In this document: in pieces, positions 11,928-24,374 of the stretch | How the letters are laid out: each line of letters begins with the position of its first letter | Numbering within the stretch: position 1 is the stretch's first letter | Source of the DNA: Pelomyxa schiedti | Lineage: Eukaryota > Protista > Evosea | Direction: 5' to 3' | Assembly (NCBI GenBank): GCA_020536535.1 | Contig: JAHLWZ010000030.1 | Coordinates: 1-55,182 of the forward strand | Length of the DNA stretch: 55,182 bases | Translations under genes and position numbers: made by a program | The notes under the pieces: model-generated | Told to the model about the DNA's origin: nothing | Databases searched by the model: none | Seen by the model: only the letters and a program-made list of their open reading frames with translations

Positions 11928-13159
11928 ATGACATCGGCCACCAAGGTGGTGCTGCGTGCACGTGACCAAATAAGTGCTTTGGCGGCGGCGACGCACATTC
12001 GGTGCGGGACCAACAGCCCCGCGAGGGCAATGTCGGGAAACGTGATGTGGTACTTGTGGGAAACGTGCACGGCTGACACCACTTGGGTGGGTGTGTTCTG
12101 TGACAACGCGGCATTTATTTCATTCAGGGCGTGCACGATGATTGGTGGGATATTGGGCGGGAGTGGGAGCGACTGTGTGAGTGTGCTGGCTATGAATGAA
12201 AAGCCATGGGTTAGTGGTGACTGGATTGACCCTAGTAGAGTGGTTGCATGGTGGGAGAGAGGAGATAGAATCGCAATTTTTGATGGTGTGAGTGGGAGGG
12301 TGAGCTGCCTTTTGCCTGGTCCCTCAACTGCTCTGTGGTACAGAGTGAACAGCAAGTGGTCAGTATCTTCTGATACCACAGGTATTCTCACTGTGGGGAA
12401 GATTACCATGCACGAGGAACTACAACAAAGAGAACCCGCTGGTGGTTTCCAAACTATTCCTTCAGTCACTCTTCCAGTTACCCCAATTTTCAATGGACTT
12501 CGTGAAACATGCAAATCAAACCCAGACAAACTGCTACTTTCTGTGGATTCAGGACGTACTTCGCGTTGTTTTTACGTTGTTGACCTTGCAGAGAGTTACA
12601 AGAGAAGGGTGCTTAGAATTCTAAGTGTGACGCATTTCCCAGTTGTTTCCACTGCAAAGATCCTGTTCATGGAGAAAAATAATGGACAAGATGTATTCAT
12701 CATTGCATATGAGTTAATGGAAGATAAACTCCAATATCGAGTTGTGATTGTGGCGGCAGGTTTGTGAGTTGATATATTTGACATACACACTCACTAGAAA
12801 CTTTTGAAGAAAGTGGGAACACCCACCTTGTTGCTTGGAGAATTGACAGTGAGTCATTGTACCAAATGAGTAACTCATTATTTGCTGTGGTTCACCTGAC
12901 TCCAAGCTATTGTTGGTGTCCTGAATACGAACTGTGGGATTGCAACTGCACAGACCACCCACAGTCAATCGTATCCCTCTCACCATCAGTTGTTGGGGGA
13001 TTCAGCCTAAGTGCTGCAGGTGGTTTCATCCTGAGTGTTTCTCACACCAGTGAACTTGATGTGATTGACCCAACCTCAGGTGATGTTGTGCTACACATCA
13101 AGTTACCACCTGGTAACCCGCTTCCACTGCCCTTGACATACTTCTATTATTCCTCTTGA
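11928..13159 (+). CDS. Hypothetical protein, HxRCG-motif family with ELWDCN C-terminal module (2 exons)
   Basis: ARDQISALAAATHIRCGTNSPAR. An intron at about 12761-12797 joins ORF 11877-12767 to ORF 12857-13159 in frame. Shares DKLLL..V.DLAES, ELWDCN and V.D.TSG motifs with the genes at 14681 and 24375. Confidence 0.75.
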
Positions 13160-13362
13160 TGATATCATAATAGCTCACTACACACAGTCCGTCAGTCACA
13201 AAAAAAATTCAAATTTCAATTTAAATTCCATTTAGCATTGTCCTGTTAACCTGTGAACTCGCAGTTCCCATCTCAAATCCCGGATTCTTCTCAGAGCCGA
13301 AGTTGAAGATACAACCTGTTAGAATTCAACCAAAAAAGCCTGTAATAACCGCCGCGTACGGC

Positions 13363-14325
13363 ATGGCAGCAGCAACAACAACCACGTCAGTTACTGCAAC
13401 AATGGGGGCTGCTGCAACAGTGACTTGTACGCCACTGAGTACAATGTGTTTCAAGGATGCTGTTGTTGGTGGTGCAGCACCACCAGGTGGTGCAAGGGAG
13501 TGCCGCTGCTGCTGCGCTTTCACTTGTTCGGTTTGGTTGCGTGACAAATGCAGAGTAAAACGTGTGTTGTCGAGTTGTCGTTATAAACGAATACAAACAA
13601 CAACAACAACAAACCTAACTGTTGGAGTATTTGTTTGGCTGTGTGAGTGGATACGTTAATAATTGTTATTGCGTTGTATACTACTTGCTTGAGCCGTACG
13701 CAACAGTATCACCACAGCCACCCACGATACACAACAATACATACTGCTACGCGATAATAATGAAAGAAATTTGCAGGTATCTCTGATAAAAGAGTCAAAT
13801 TGCATATTTCTTCACCTTGTGATGACTCCCACTTGCGCAGTTTCATTGCAGAGGTTTTTTTTATACCAATTTGTATTTCTTTATTATCTCTCTTGTAAAA
13901 TATATTTGTTTAAATATGATTAAACAATCATTGGGTGTTGTGTCACTCCACCTCTCTCTGGTTTCAGCTAATTATTATTAGAGACTCTCAATTGCAGAAA
14001 GTGATGTGATTGTAGAAACATGGAGAGATCATGATAAACCACGCAAGAGGTTTTTGAAGGTGTTTGGATTGGATTCCAAGGCAGTGTATGTGCTTTCTAA
14101 CAACCAATAGTTGATGAAAGTGATAAAGAACCTTTTAGGTATGAAAGGATGCAGCCCAGAGAGGGAGAAAACAGTGATGACGATGAAGCTTATGATTCTG
14201 GTGCAGAAGCACCTACAGGTGTGGTTGTTAACCACAGTGAACCCCCTCACAACTATGATACCCCATTTTATCGGTGTTTAACTCTCCTTTGCATGTGCTG
14301 CCCCACCTGTCCACTAACAATGTAG
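13363..14325 (+). CDS. Small multi-exon hypothetical gene (not captured by the ORF track); 5' structure uncertain
   Basis: Hand splicing gives MKEICS|FIAE|RLSIAESDVIVETWRDHDKPRKRFLKVFGLDSKAV|YERMQP..YRCLTLLCMCCPTCPLTM* (stop 14323-14325) with GT-AG introns. A possible A/T-rich first exon starts at 13363. Confidence 0.35.
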
Positions 14326-14680
14326 TGGACATAGCATTTTGTTTCAGTCACATAATGCAATTTATGATTTATTCACCGTCACTGACAAAATTTTTTTTTC
14401 TTTTCCTGTGGACCAAGCAATCAACAATTGACACACACAGTGAGAAGGGTCCATGACAGGGAGGTTCTGATTCTGACTATTGATAGTGCAAAGCACTGTA
14501 ACAACACACAAAACTTGATCTTACCCGTTTTCTCTGCACTGAGGACCAATAGAGCCCCACCAACGACATCACATACTCTCACAGATTTTGTGTAGCCTTG
14601 TTGAGGGATCCTGATTGAGGAAACTATTTGTCAGATTTTTCGTTGTAGACAACAACTACTGATTGACCGTCCCAGTAATA

Positions 14681-15985
14681 ATGCGGCGCACACTTTTTCA
14701 ACACGAGGGGGGCCACCGCCACCATCATTCCGCCGCCGTTGCCCTCGACGCCCGTGCCCTCGCACTCGCCCTGGCCACCTCATCGCACCCTCGCTGTGGG
14801 CGCGCCAGCCCAGCGAGGATCGCCACGCAGCACCCCGCGGTGATGCGCACGATGTGGGACACCTGGGCCGCCCGCTGCGCCGTCCGCCTCACCCTCCTGC
14901 TGTTCACCGCCGACCGGCCCCACGCCCGCGCCCGCGGCGCCGTGGCGCTGTCCGTCGACGCCTCGCCCGCCCTGGGCGTGCTTGGCCCCGTGGCCGAGTC
15001 GACGTGGGAGGAAGGGGCAACGCCGCAGGGGAGGAGCACCCTGTGGTGCCTGAGCGTCGAGGGCGGCGTGGTGGGGCCCCCGGGCGTTGCTGTGGGGCAC
15101 GTGAGGGACGTGGTGTTCGACGTGAGGGGCAAGATGGCGGAGCTGACTGCCGGGGTTCCAATCGGCCCAGCCGACCTCGACGTGGTCCATTGCAACGCAA
15201 TTGACGGACAGTGGTGGGTGTGGTGGGCGCCCTCGGTTGTGGTGATCGAGACAACCACCCTGATTCCATCGAATGGTGGTTGTGGTGGGTCGCCTTCTTC
15301 TTCAACTCGGAAGTGGGCTTGTGTGAGGCTCGATGGTGAGTTCTGGGATTCCACTGGCCGCGGGAATTCAGAGGTGTGGAGCTTGCGCGATGTTGTGGGC
15401 GGGAGGCCTGGCCAGGCCCTGCTGGTTTTCATTGTGCCCTCGTCATCGTCCACTGTTCTGGTAACGATTGATGTGGCTGATTCGTTCACAACAGGGAAGT
15501 TGCGTGTGTGCGGAACTGTGCACTGCAGTTTGCCCGGGTACTGGACTGCACTTGTGATGAAGAAGAATACCCGCACAACAACTGGCAGCAGCAACTACAC
15601 CTTGATTGTGCAGGGTACCAATCTTCCATTTGGCTGTGTGTGGGAGGTGGACATCGAAACCGGTGCTGTAAAGGGATCGCAGAAGATCACTTATGGTTCT
15701 CTGAGATCAAGGTTGTCTGAGAGCCTCTTCTCAGTGTACAAGGACCTGTCGGAGCAGTCTGAAGTCTGGGACTGCAATGACCTTTCAGCACCACGCGGGA
15801 TTGTGAGTGGTGGTGCGTACCTGTTTGGTGGTGGTGGGTTCATTCTTCAGGTCGACCATTCAGTTGGAATGAAAGTCAAACTAACTGATGCACACAGTGG
15901 ACAACTTTTCATCACACTCGGGCTCCTGCCAGAGCCTGGAAAGTACTTCACTGAGACTCACACTTTTTGCTCCAGCATTCTTTAG
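14681..15985 (+). CDS. Hypothetical protein, HPRCG-motif family (single exon, about 434 aa)
   Basis: Uninterrupted ORF; ALALATSSHPRCGRASPAR; C-terminal SRLSESLFSV..EVWDCNDLSAP..GGGFI..LTDAHSG. Confidence 0.8.
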   Translation: MRRTLFQHEGGHRHHHSAAVALDARALALALATSSHPRCGRASPARIATQHPAVMRTMWDTWAARCAVRLTLLLFTADRPHARARGAVALSVDASPALGVLGPVAESTWEEGATPQGRSTLWCLSVEGGVVGPPGVAVGHVRDVVFDVRGKMAELTAGVPIGPADLDVVHCNAIDGQWWVWWAPSVVVIETTTLIPSNGGCGGSPSSSTRKWACVRLDGEFWDSTGRGNSEVWSLRDVVGGRPGQALLVFIVPSSSSTVLVTIDVADSFTTGKLRVCGTVHCSLPGYWTALVMKKNTRTTTGSSNYTLIVQGTNLPFGCVWEVDIETGAVKGSQKITYGSLRSRLSESLFSVYKDLSEQSEVWDCNDLSAPRGIVSGGAYLFGGGGFILQVDHSVGMKVKLTDAHSGQLFITLGLLPEPGKYFTETHTFCSSIL

Positions 15986-16237
15986 ACACAAGAAAAAAAA
16001 AACTGTTTAGGAGTATGTGTGTTGGCGATAGGAGACTGAAATGGATGACAGAGAGTCACTTGAAGCGCTGTAGCTTTCCCAACCCACTGCAGTGGGCGGC
16101 CTTGATACCATCACCCATGCATCACCCCAACCACGTCGAAAAAAGAAATAGAAGGAGCATCAGGGCAGCGATGGGGAGATGTGGTCCCACAGTTTCTGAA
16201 GGGAAGACATTGTGGGCCTCGACGCAGGGATCACTGT

Positions 16238-16337
16238 NNNNNNNNNNNNNNNNNNNNNNNNNNNNNNNNNNNNNNNNNNNNNNNNNNNNNNNNNNNNNNN
16301 NNNNNNNNNNNNNNNNNNNNNNNNNNNNNNNNNNNNN
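16238..16337. other. Scaffold gap (100 N) between overlapping contig ends
   Basis: 16117-16237 is repeated exactly at 16338-16458 (121 bp). Confidence 0.95.
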
Positions 16338-16380
16338 ATGCATCACCCCAACCACGTCGAAAAAAGAAATAGAAGGAGCA

Positions 16381-19300
16381 TCAGGGCAGCGATGGGGAGA
16401 TGTGGTCCCACAGTTTCTGAAGGGAAGACATTGTGGGCCTCGACGCAGGGATCACTGTTCAACACGATGTCATGACTTGCTTGGCCCATTCTGGTGTCAC
16501 TGTTTCGGCACCTGTGAACATCGGCACGATGGTGCAGCCTGTCTTCACCGCCGCAACAATTCCCACACGTTGTGGCTCCACTCTGATGGTTTCGCATTGT
16601 GGGTCATTCTTCTGACAATACACACACCAAAGTTCCACACGTCAGTTTTGGGATCATATCCGCCGGTTCCGGTTCCGGTTGCGGTTGCGGAGGGAGGTGC
16701 TGGAAATGAGTTGTGGGTGCGGGTGTTGTTTTTGGATTGGTGGGAGCTTGCCGTATGTTCTTGCGGTACTTGGCACCCAAAGAACCCAACCTGTTCAATT
16801 ATTATATAATATGTAAATAAAATAAATAGAGAAGAAGAAAAATAAAAAAGCTATTTACTATTTAAATAGTAAATAAATAATAAATAAAATAAATAGTAAG
16901 AAAAACAGTTATTTCACTAACAACCTTTGCCCAAGGTCCGGTTCCTGATTCCTGAAGAGATGTGATCCAAATGCATCCTGTGGGATTTGTTGGTTGTTGT
17001 GTGTGAGGAAGTATCATTCCGACAAACCATCTTCAAGGAAGAGTCCATTGTGGACGAGAGGAGGGTGTTGAGAGTGCAGGTGACACAGTCCTTTGGCAAC
17101 GTCTCTCAGAATCTTCTCCCTCAAACTCATTGTCAAGAGACTCCCAATGAACGATGACACCTCAGCGGAAGGTCTCATCAACAGTTCCCTCAGGTTGAGT
17201 GGTGGATGACCCCCGAGATCTGGGAAAAGGTTGTGGAGGAAGTGAGAGAGATACCGGCTCAGACTCCACCCACAACTTCGTTTCATCGCGAAGGCGAGCA
17301 CCGGTGTAGGTCACAACATGTCGGTGCTGGGGGATCTCCCTCAAAAAAGAAATCACAGGCAATATTGCCTCCAAGGCGTCTTGTACCTTCTCGCCTTCAT
17401 AAATCAAGATGCTGCTGCCATCGCTCACAGAATCGGTGGATGTTGTCCCAATCGTGAGGCAAGAAAGTTCTGGATATATTTCAGTTAGTTTCATGAGTGC
17501 ATCCGGATCCATTTTATCGCCTCTGGGGCATTTGAAGTGGCTCTCTCTGTGCAGGGCAGCATTAAGAACCTCCCCCTTCTGGAAGTACAATTCATTCGCT
17601 TCCCTTATAATAGAGTTCTTGAGGCAATGGGGACAGGGGAAGGACTGTTCTGCAGAGAGGTTGTTGACTTGGAAAAATCTGTTCAACCACATCAACACAT
17701 GGGCTCCCAGGTTGGGCCCCAATGAGTGTGAGTAGTAACAGGATTCAGCAGTAGTTGAAGAAAAGGTTGTTCTCATGAACATGTCGATAGACTCCTCTGG
17801 CTGCTCAGTGATGAGAAGATCCTGTTTACCCCCCTCACACTTCTTTGACACCCACAGGCCAGAGTTCCAAAACACCTCTGGCTGAACTCCTGGTATTTGT
17901 CGCACCATGCTCATCAGTTGTGTGAACATCCCTTCGTGAATATGTACAAAATGGAAAGTCCTTCCCCACACAATGGTTTCGACTTTCCCGGGTGGCTGAT
18001 TCCTAGAGTTTCTATAAGTATGCCATAGTTTACTCATAAATCCCCTCTGGTCAAATTCCCAACCCCCTCCTCCCGCAGTTTGTTGTTCTAAAGCCTGAGT
18101 GGTTCAACAAGCTGTTATCCGACATGATTGAATGTGCGAGGGGCATCTCTTTTCTAAAGCTCCTCAAAGTTCACCAGGAGCTCCTGGCCGCTGATGACAC
18201 AGACCCCTCCACACAGCTCAAAAGAAGCCAGCACCACAATCAAATGGCTGCCTGTGCCCAAAGAATTTTGTGGGGAGTGCAGGTTCAGAGTAGGATGCCA
18301 GCGATACACTCTTGGATGTCGTCTCTTCTTCAGGAGCTTCATCTGGTGTTCGTGTGTGGCAACGTGCCCCACATTTCCTTCTCTCTGCTGCCTGACTTGA
18401 CTGACACCCATATGGGTGTAACTTCCAATCCCAAGTGGACTGACTTGGTTCGAATAGCTGCTTCCTGTGGTGTTGCTCTGTGTAGAGAAAATCCAGAAGT
18501 TGATCTTGAGATGTGCTGTGATTTCCTGTCAGACACAGGATCCATTATCACCCTCAGCCACTTCAGGCATCCTGCATCACCCTCAGCCTCTCGGACAACG
18601 CAATCCACCTTGGTGAAACTGCTCTTGTGGTTTCCGTGGCGATCCTTTCCAGGAGTTGCGATATCTTTCCAACTTGCTTTCCTGTGATGGGTGTGGATGT
18701 AGCAGTGGCGTTGAAGGGGAATGGAGTGGTATCAGAGAACCACTCGTATTCTTGGAAGTTGTTGATAACAGCAATCCCACGAAGAGTGAGGTTCTTGAAT
18801 CGGTCTGAATGCAAAATGGGATCCACTATTTGTGCAATTTTTTTCTGGATGTCACCGTCTACTCCAGAGTGCACAAGGAGGACAATTTGGGCATTTCCAT
18901 GGTGGTAGGATTGACTCCAGCACCTGGAAATTTCATCAAGCCAGAAGAACAATTGCTTTGGGGGTTCCCTCTCCCACAAACCACAGAACACCAGGAAGAC
19001 AGAATCACTGCAGAAAAAGCATGGGAAAAAGTACTTTATTTTGAACAGCTTCAGTTTGTGCCTTTTGTCCTTCAAGCACTGCAAAATATCTTCCCTCAAG
19101 CCACTGCCTTCCCCAAAGCAGATGAGTTTGTGGGAATTTGGACACATGGGAGACTCTCCAAAGAGCATGTGGTGCATGTCTCGTCCCTTCATTGGTTCTT
19201 CTTTGGCCTTGTCAAACAAAATAACATCCTGTATTTTGGCATGAGCAAGCCATTGTGGAATCCGAGTGATGGGATTGTGATGAAGATCCAGTTTGTTACA

Positions 19301-19870
19301 TGTTATCCCTGAAAGCAGCTCTGGGACTGATTTCAAATTAAGGTACTCAAGAGTGACATCCTCGTATTGCGTTGCTTTTGCCAGTATCAGCTCAGTTACT
19401 GCTGGCCAGTTTTTCACTTGAATCCATCTTTTCAGTGCAGCTCCAGCAACTGAAATTTGTGTATCAGGGCTCAAATGACTGCAAGTCGGAAGAAATTTGT
19501 TCCGCACTGTTGCTGGGCACATGTGCGTAATCTCAAGTGCAGTTCCAGGTGGCATAAATGATTCTTTTACACTTGGTGACCCGTGCCTGTGCGTCCGCTC
19601 GAGCACCAGGCCCTGTTCAGAAGGAAGGGTGACGGTGACGGTGAGGTCTTCTGGGTGTGGGTCCGCTGCTGGCCGCGGGGAGATGCCGCGTGCCACGAGG
19701 TCCTCGAACAGCGACGAGATGCAATCCGAGTCCCCGACGAGCACACACTCGACAAGTGGCATCCGGTCTCCACTTGGTTCCTTGCGACTGGTGGCGGCCG
19801 ACATGCCACTTGGTTTCTGAATGATTATTATGTCGCTGTTGTGCTCTTCGCTTGATCTATTACATGACAT
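16381..19870 (-). pseudogene. Roco-like copy D, decayed and internally rearranged
   Basis: In-frame deletion of most of the pseudoRas domain (~19580); deletion of the Roc G3 region and intron 3 (~19035); inverted COR segments 18040-18572; frameshift ~17235; loss of the last splice acceptor and the start of exon 7 (~16605); TGG>TGA in the CW motif (16459-16461). Confidence 0.9.
18040..18572 (+). other. Inverted COR-coding fragments inside copy D
   Basis: Plus-strand ORF 18124-18687 encodes COR peptides (WMSSLLQELHL.., then KWTDLV..DLEMCCDFLSDTGSII) that are on the minus strand in all other copies. Confidence 0.9.
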
Positions 19871-19936
19871 CAGCTTCCCCTTCCACTAAACACGCATGTG
19901 TGATGGAAATTGATAATAGTGGATGGGTCTACGGGT

Positions 19937-22900
19937 TTAAATGTGATCCCACAATCTGAGGAGAGTGAGCATAGTGGGTCTCGACGCTGGGTCGGTTGCC
20001 CAGCAGCATGTCATGACCTGCTTGGCCCAAGTTGGTGCCTCTGCTGATGGTGATGATGCCGCGTGTGGTTGCGATGTGAATATCGGAGTGAAAGTGAATC
20101 GGTGTGACTGTGTGAGGGTGTGGAGGTGTGACCGGTGCATAATTATCCTCCTCGGGGGTTGCGGTTGTAATTGCTTGTTTGTTGTTGCGTTTGTTGCTGA
20201 TAAGAGTTCAACTTCAACCAACGGATTGAGCGGGAAAACAAGCTGGTGCACAAGAACTCCTGATTGAAGGCAAGGGGTTAGAACATGGAAATCATGGAAA
20301 GGACTATATATATCAACCAAAGTTCCACACGTCGGACTTGGGGTTGCCGGAGCTCTGGAGTTCAGGGCCGGTATTGCCAAGGTGGCTCTGCGGATCGGTT
20401 GCCGCATCGGTATTTATATTCGGCGGTGAGCCCAGGTGCGAAAACTACTTACCAAATGAGTTTGAACCAAAACGGGTTTACATTCAAAATATAAATAAAT
20501 AAATGATGAAACCTTGGCCCAGGGACCGGGTCCCGATTCATGAAGGGATGCGATCCAAATATGCCCTGCGGGATTTGAGAATAATAAACAGGAGGTAAAC
20601 AAACCATTTTCAAGGAATAGACCATCATGAACGAGTGGTGGGTGTTGAGAATGGAGATGCCTCAGTCCCTGTGCGACATCTCTCAGAATCTTGTCCCGCA
20701 AGCTCATTGGCATTACCCGATCAAGGAAACAGGTGGGATTAATTGTTGTCCCGCGCTCTTTTCCTCTATCAATGCAACGTTTCATCAAGTCCCTCAGGTT
20801 TATGGCGGAGCTTGTATTCATACCAAGAATTTCTTCCTGCAAGTGCAGAGGTATGTTGAGAGGGAAGGGTTCAGTGAGTACCATGAGCTGGGTTCCATTC
20901 CGCTTATAAGTACCGATGCAATTGACAACATTTGGGTGCTTTGGAGTCCCCTTCAAAACTGAGATCACTGCTGCCACGGCGGCCATGGTACGGGTCTTCA
21001 TGGCAACTTCCAGCGACAACATCCTAGGACTTGGTTCTTCATTAATCTCCTTCCCGTTTACAACGGAAATCTCCTGGATGGCGGTTGTACTTTTGAAGCA
21101 AGAAAGCTCTGGGGCGATATCAGAAAGTTTCACGAGTGTATCCTGTCCCTCATTCGGGCAATGGAGAAATTCGTTTCCTGCCAGTGCCGCATCAAAAACT
21201 TCACTCTCGTGGAAGAAGTGCAAGTGAGGTTTTTCTCCACTGTGACTACTAACGAATTGGAATTTCTCACTGTTGTCAAGCAGTTTATCTAGGCAATGAG
21301 TACATGAAAACCACTGCGCCGGTGACGGGATGTTGTTGTCTTGGCAAAATAAGTTCAACCACTCGATGGCATGGGAACTCAAGTTCGTACTACTGTCTAT
21401 TGAGGAGTCACAGTCAACAGTTTCAAATTTTGTCCTCATGAATATGTTAATTGATGTGTTCTTGAGAGTTCCAATCCTGCCCGGACACTTTATGAATAAG
21501 TCCTGTGTGAGGCCTTCACTCTTCTTCGATACCCAGAGGCCCGATTTCCAGAACACCTCCGGCTCCACACCTGGTATCTGCCGGACCATGTTCATTAACT
21601 GTGGGAATAATCCGTCGTGGACACGTCCAAGATCAAGTGACCTCCCGCGCACGGTAATTTTGAGTTTGTTTCTTGATGAACTGTTTTCCCTGTTGCAAGA
21701 CCCAGACTTCCAGAGCCAAAGTTCAATCAGTGTATTGGAAATGTAGTCATCATAAGGAACTTCTGGCAGCAGACAGAATGAAAAGTGAGGTACATTATCG
21801 CACATTAGTACCAAGCTCAGCTCCCGAAGGAGGGAGGACAACCAAGAAGCAACTCCAGGGGGTTCATTGTTTCTTGTAAGGAACTGGGATAGCCGGTCCG
21901 CCATCTGATTCGAGTGGAATTTTCTCTTTAGCAAGCTGCCGGAAATTGCCTGCTCAGATACCATACCAGCTCGAGATTGTCTGATATTATCAAAAGTAAG
22001 ATCAGCAAGAGAGGCCATTATAGAATGCATGATTTCACTGAACCATTTGGGTTTGAGCACAACGATTTGAGACAAGTTTGGATGGGATGAGTTTGACCAG
22101 AGGGGATGCCTGAAGTGGATGACGGACCCTGTGTCCGACAGGAAATCACAACACATCTCGAGGTCAATCTCTGCTTTTGTTCCCCCTCCACGTGGGACTC
22201 CCACACCGCAGGAAACAGCCATTCCAGCAAAGTGGTTCCACCTTATCACGTTTTCTGTCACCTGCGACAGTTTATGGGAGAGGTTTATCCATCTCGGTGA
22301 GGCTGGTACATTTTCGCTGCTCGCTATTCCTTCCAGAAGTTCGGAAATTGTTAGCACTGGTGTCGGGGTGAGGTAGCCTCCAGTGAATGGATAGGCAGTG
22401 GAGAGTAGCCCCTCTTCCGTAGAAAGACTGAGAATGCAAATGCCGCAGAAAGTAATGTTCTTTCCCAGATGTGAACGTAGAATTGGGTGCAGGAGTTTAT
22501 CCTCCAAGATTTTCTCGTCTTGGAGAAACTTTCCGTCCTTGAGAGAATACCCAAGCAAGATTACTTGGGCATTTCCACGCACATCAGCTTGTCTTTGACA
22601 CCTTGATATTTCATCAAGCCAGAAGTGTAATCTGGGCTCTTCTTCACAAGAGTACTTGGTCAACCCAGTATGAAAGAACAGCATGAAAATAGACTTACTG
22701 CAGAAGAAGCACGGGTACAACGGGTACTGCATCCTATCTTAAGAGGAAGAGTGAGCAAATCGTGGTAGTAAGAATGCGAAATGGCACACTTAAGTCCCAT
22801 GCCGTCCATGTGATCACTGGTTTCTTGAGCATCCTGTTGACTATCTTGTATGCTTGTTGTATGTAGAGTACTGACGGCTTGAAGCCAGCTTGGTTACGGT

Positions 22901-24335
22901 TGGTTTTGAGTTGATTTTTATTCTCTGTCATGGACTTCAGAAATGCGGCTTTGTTATCGTCATGATCTCCAAGGAGAATGAGTTTGTGGGAATTTGAAAA
23001 TGCGGGTTCCTCTCCAAAGAGCATTCTGTGCTTTATAATCGCCCATCTCTCCTCCCTCAGTTGTTCCGGTATCAGCTCGTCATCCAGGAGAACAGTATGA
23101 ATATTAGCACTGAACAACCACTGCGGTAAATTGTTTGTGATGTGATTGTGACGAAGATCCAGTGTTTGGCAAGTGATACCTTCGAGGTGCTCCGGAACGG
23201 AATCCAAATGTAAGTCTGAAAGGTCAATGTATTCATCTCTCGTGGCTTGGGCTAGAATAAGCTCAGTAACCGCGGGCCAGTTTTTTGCTTGGACCCATTG
23301 CCGGAGTGCGACCGGAGAAACCGGTTCTAGGCAGCGCATGCCATCAGTGGCACTCCGCTCCATCTCATCAGGAGTAGGGCTGAGAAACTGTAAAACACTC
23401 CTGACTGAAGATGGAGCCATATCAGTAATATCAAGGGCAGTTCCGGGAGGAATAAGAGAGGAAAGGTCCTTCATTTTCGCACAGTTGCGGATACTTGCTG
23501 TTACTTCCTGCTGCTCGAAGTTGTTCTTGCCTTGAGTGAGTAATTAATAAATATGCAAAGCATAAAAAGTACCACGGCCTGGGATGCCTGCAGTTTCTCG
23601 AATAACAAAAATCAGGCCTTTCAAGCACTCTCCTCCACTTGAATCCCCACTCCACACCATCAACTTGAAGGCACTAAGCTTAACGAATGGGCGATCAGAA
23701 ACAAAGTAAGTTGGAAAAAGGAAACAACTCCAAATACACACCGTGAAAGCCATTGTCAACGCGGCCTCCCTCCTTCTGTGTTCCAAGTCAATACCGCAAT
23801 CCACGAGTATCAGATTCCTTTTGGTTCCCATACCCATCCCCGTCCCACCACCACCACCGGAATACACCGCCCTCAAGTCCTCCCCCACATCGCGTGGTAC
23901 CCTACCATCCCGCGACTTCACCATCGCCACAACGACGACGACGACGACCGGGTCATCAGAAACCGATTGATCTTCCTCCTCCTCCTCCGTCGTCGTCATA
24001 CGCCCCGCTCTCACCCTGACCACTTCCAGTTCTGCCGCTCCATCTCCGTCGTCCACCTCCAGGGGCACCCGCAGGCTCCTGCGGGTTTTGGTGTGGCGTC
24101 CCCGGGGTTCTCCGCTGCCTACTGTTAATTCCGCCTCGATTCCGGCGAAGAGCGAGGAGACCGAGGCATCGTCGCCAAGTACCAGGCACGACACAACTCG
24201 CCTCGCAGCTGTAACCGTCGACTCCCGTTGTGGTGGTGAGTCACCTGCTGATTCTATGTCCGCCATCCTACCTGCACTCAAACCATGTGTTAGGTTCGTT
24301 CTCAGCAGAGGGTTTTCTTTAGCAGAATTTTGCAT
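19937..24335 (-). CDS. Roco-like pseudoenzyme copy E (most divergent, apparently intact; start at 24335 or 24266)
   Basis: Same 6 intron positions: AFT|LSAFKL, PGRG|KNN, WDL|NRMQYPLYPCFFC, LENG|HIWI, PWAK|FSHLG, SDVWNFG|VLV. LRR LSDLHLDSVP/LDLRHNHIT; EVAMK and HPNVVNCIG; CWATDPASRP. Confidence 0.85.
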
Positions 24336-24374
24336 CAACTTCTCCCCCTCAGGCAGATCAATCAAATCAATAGA

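Noticed and set aside
16083-16096. 14-bp perfect palindrome CCCACTGCAGTGGG between convergent genes
   Set aside because: Single occurrence with no associated structure; compatible with chance in 55 kb.
16117-16458. 121-bp direct repeat flanking an N-run
   Set aside because: Same assembly artefact; the ORFs spanning it are meaningless.
16459-16461. In-frame TGA at a conserved Trp in copy D (possible recoding, Sec or alternative genetic code)
   Set aside because: D has many other inactivating lesions, and TGA is the normal stop in neighbouring genes.
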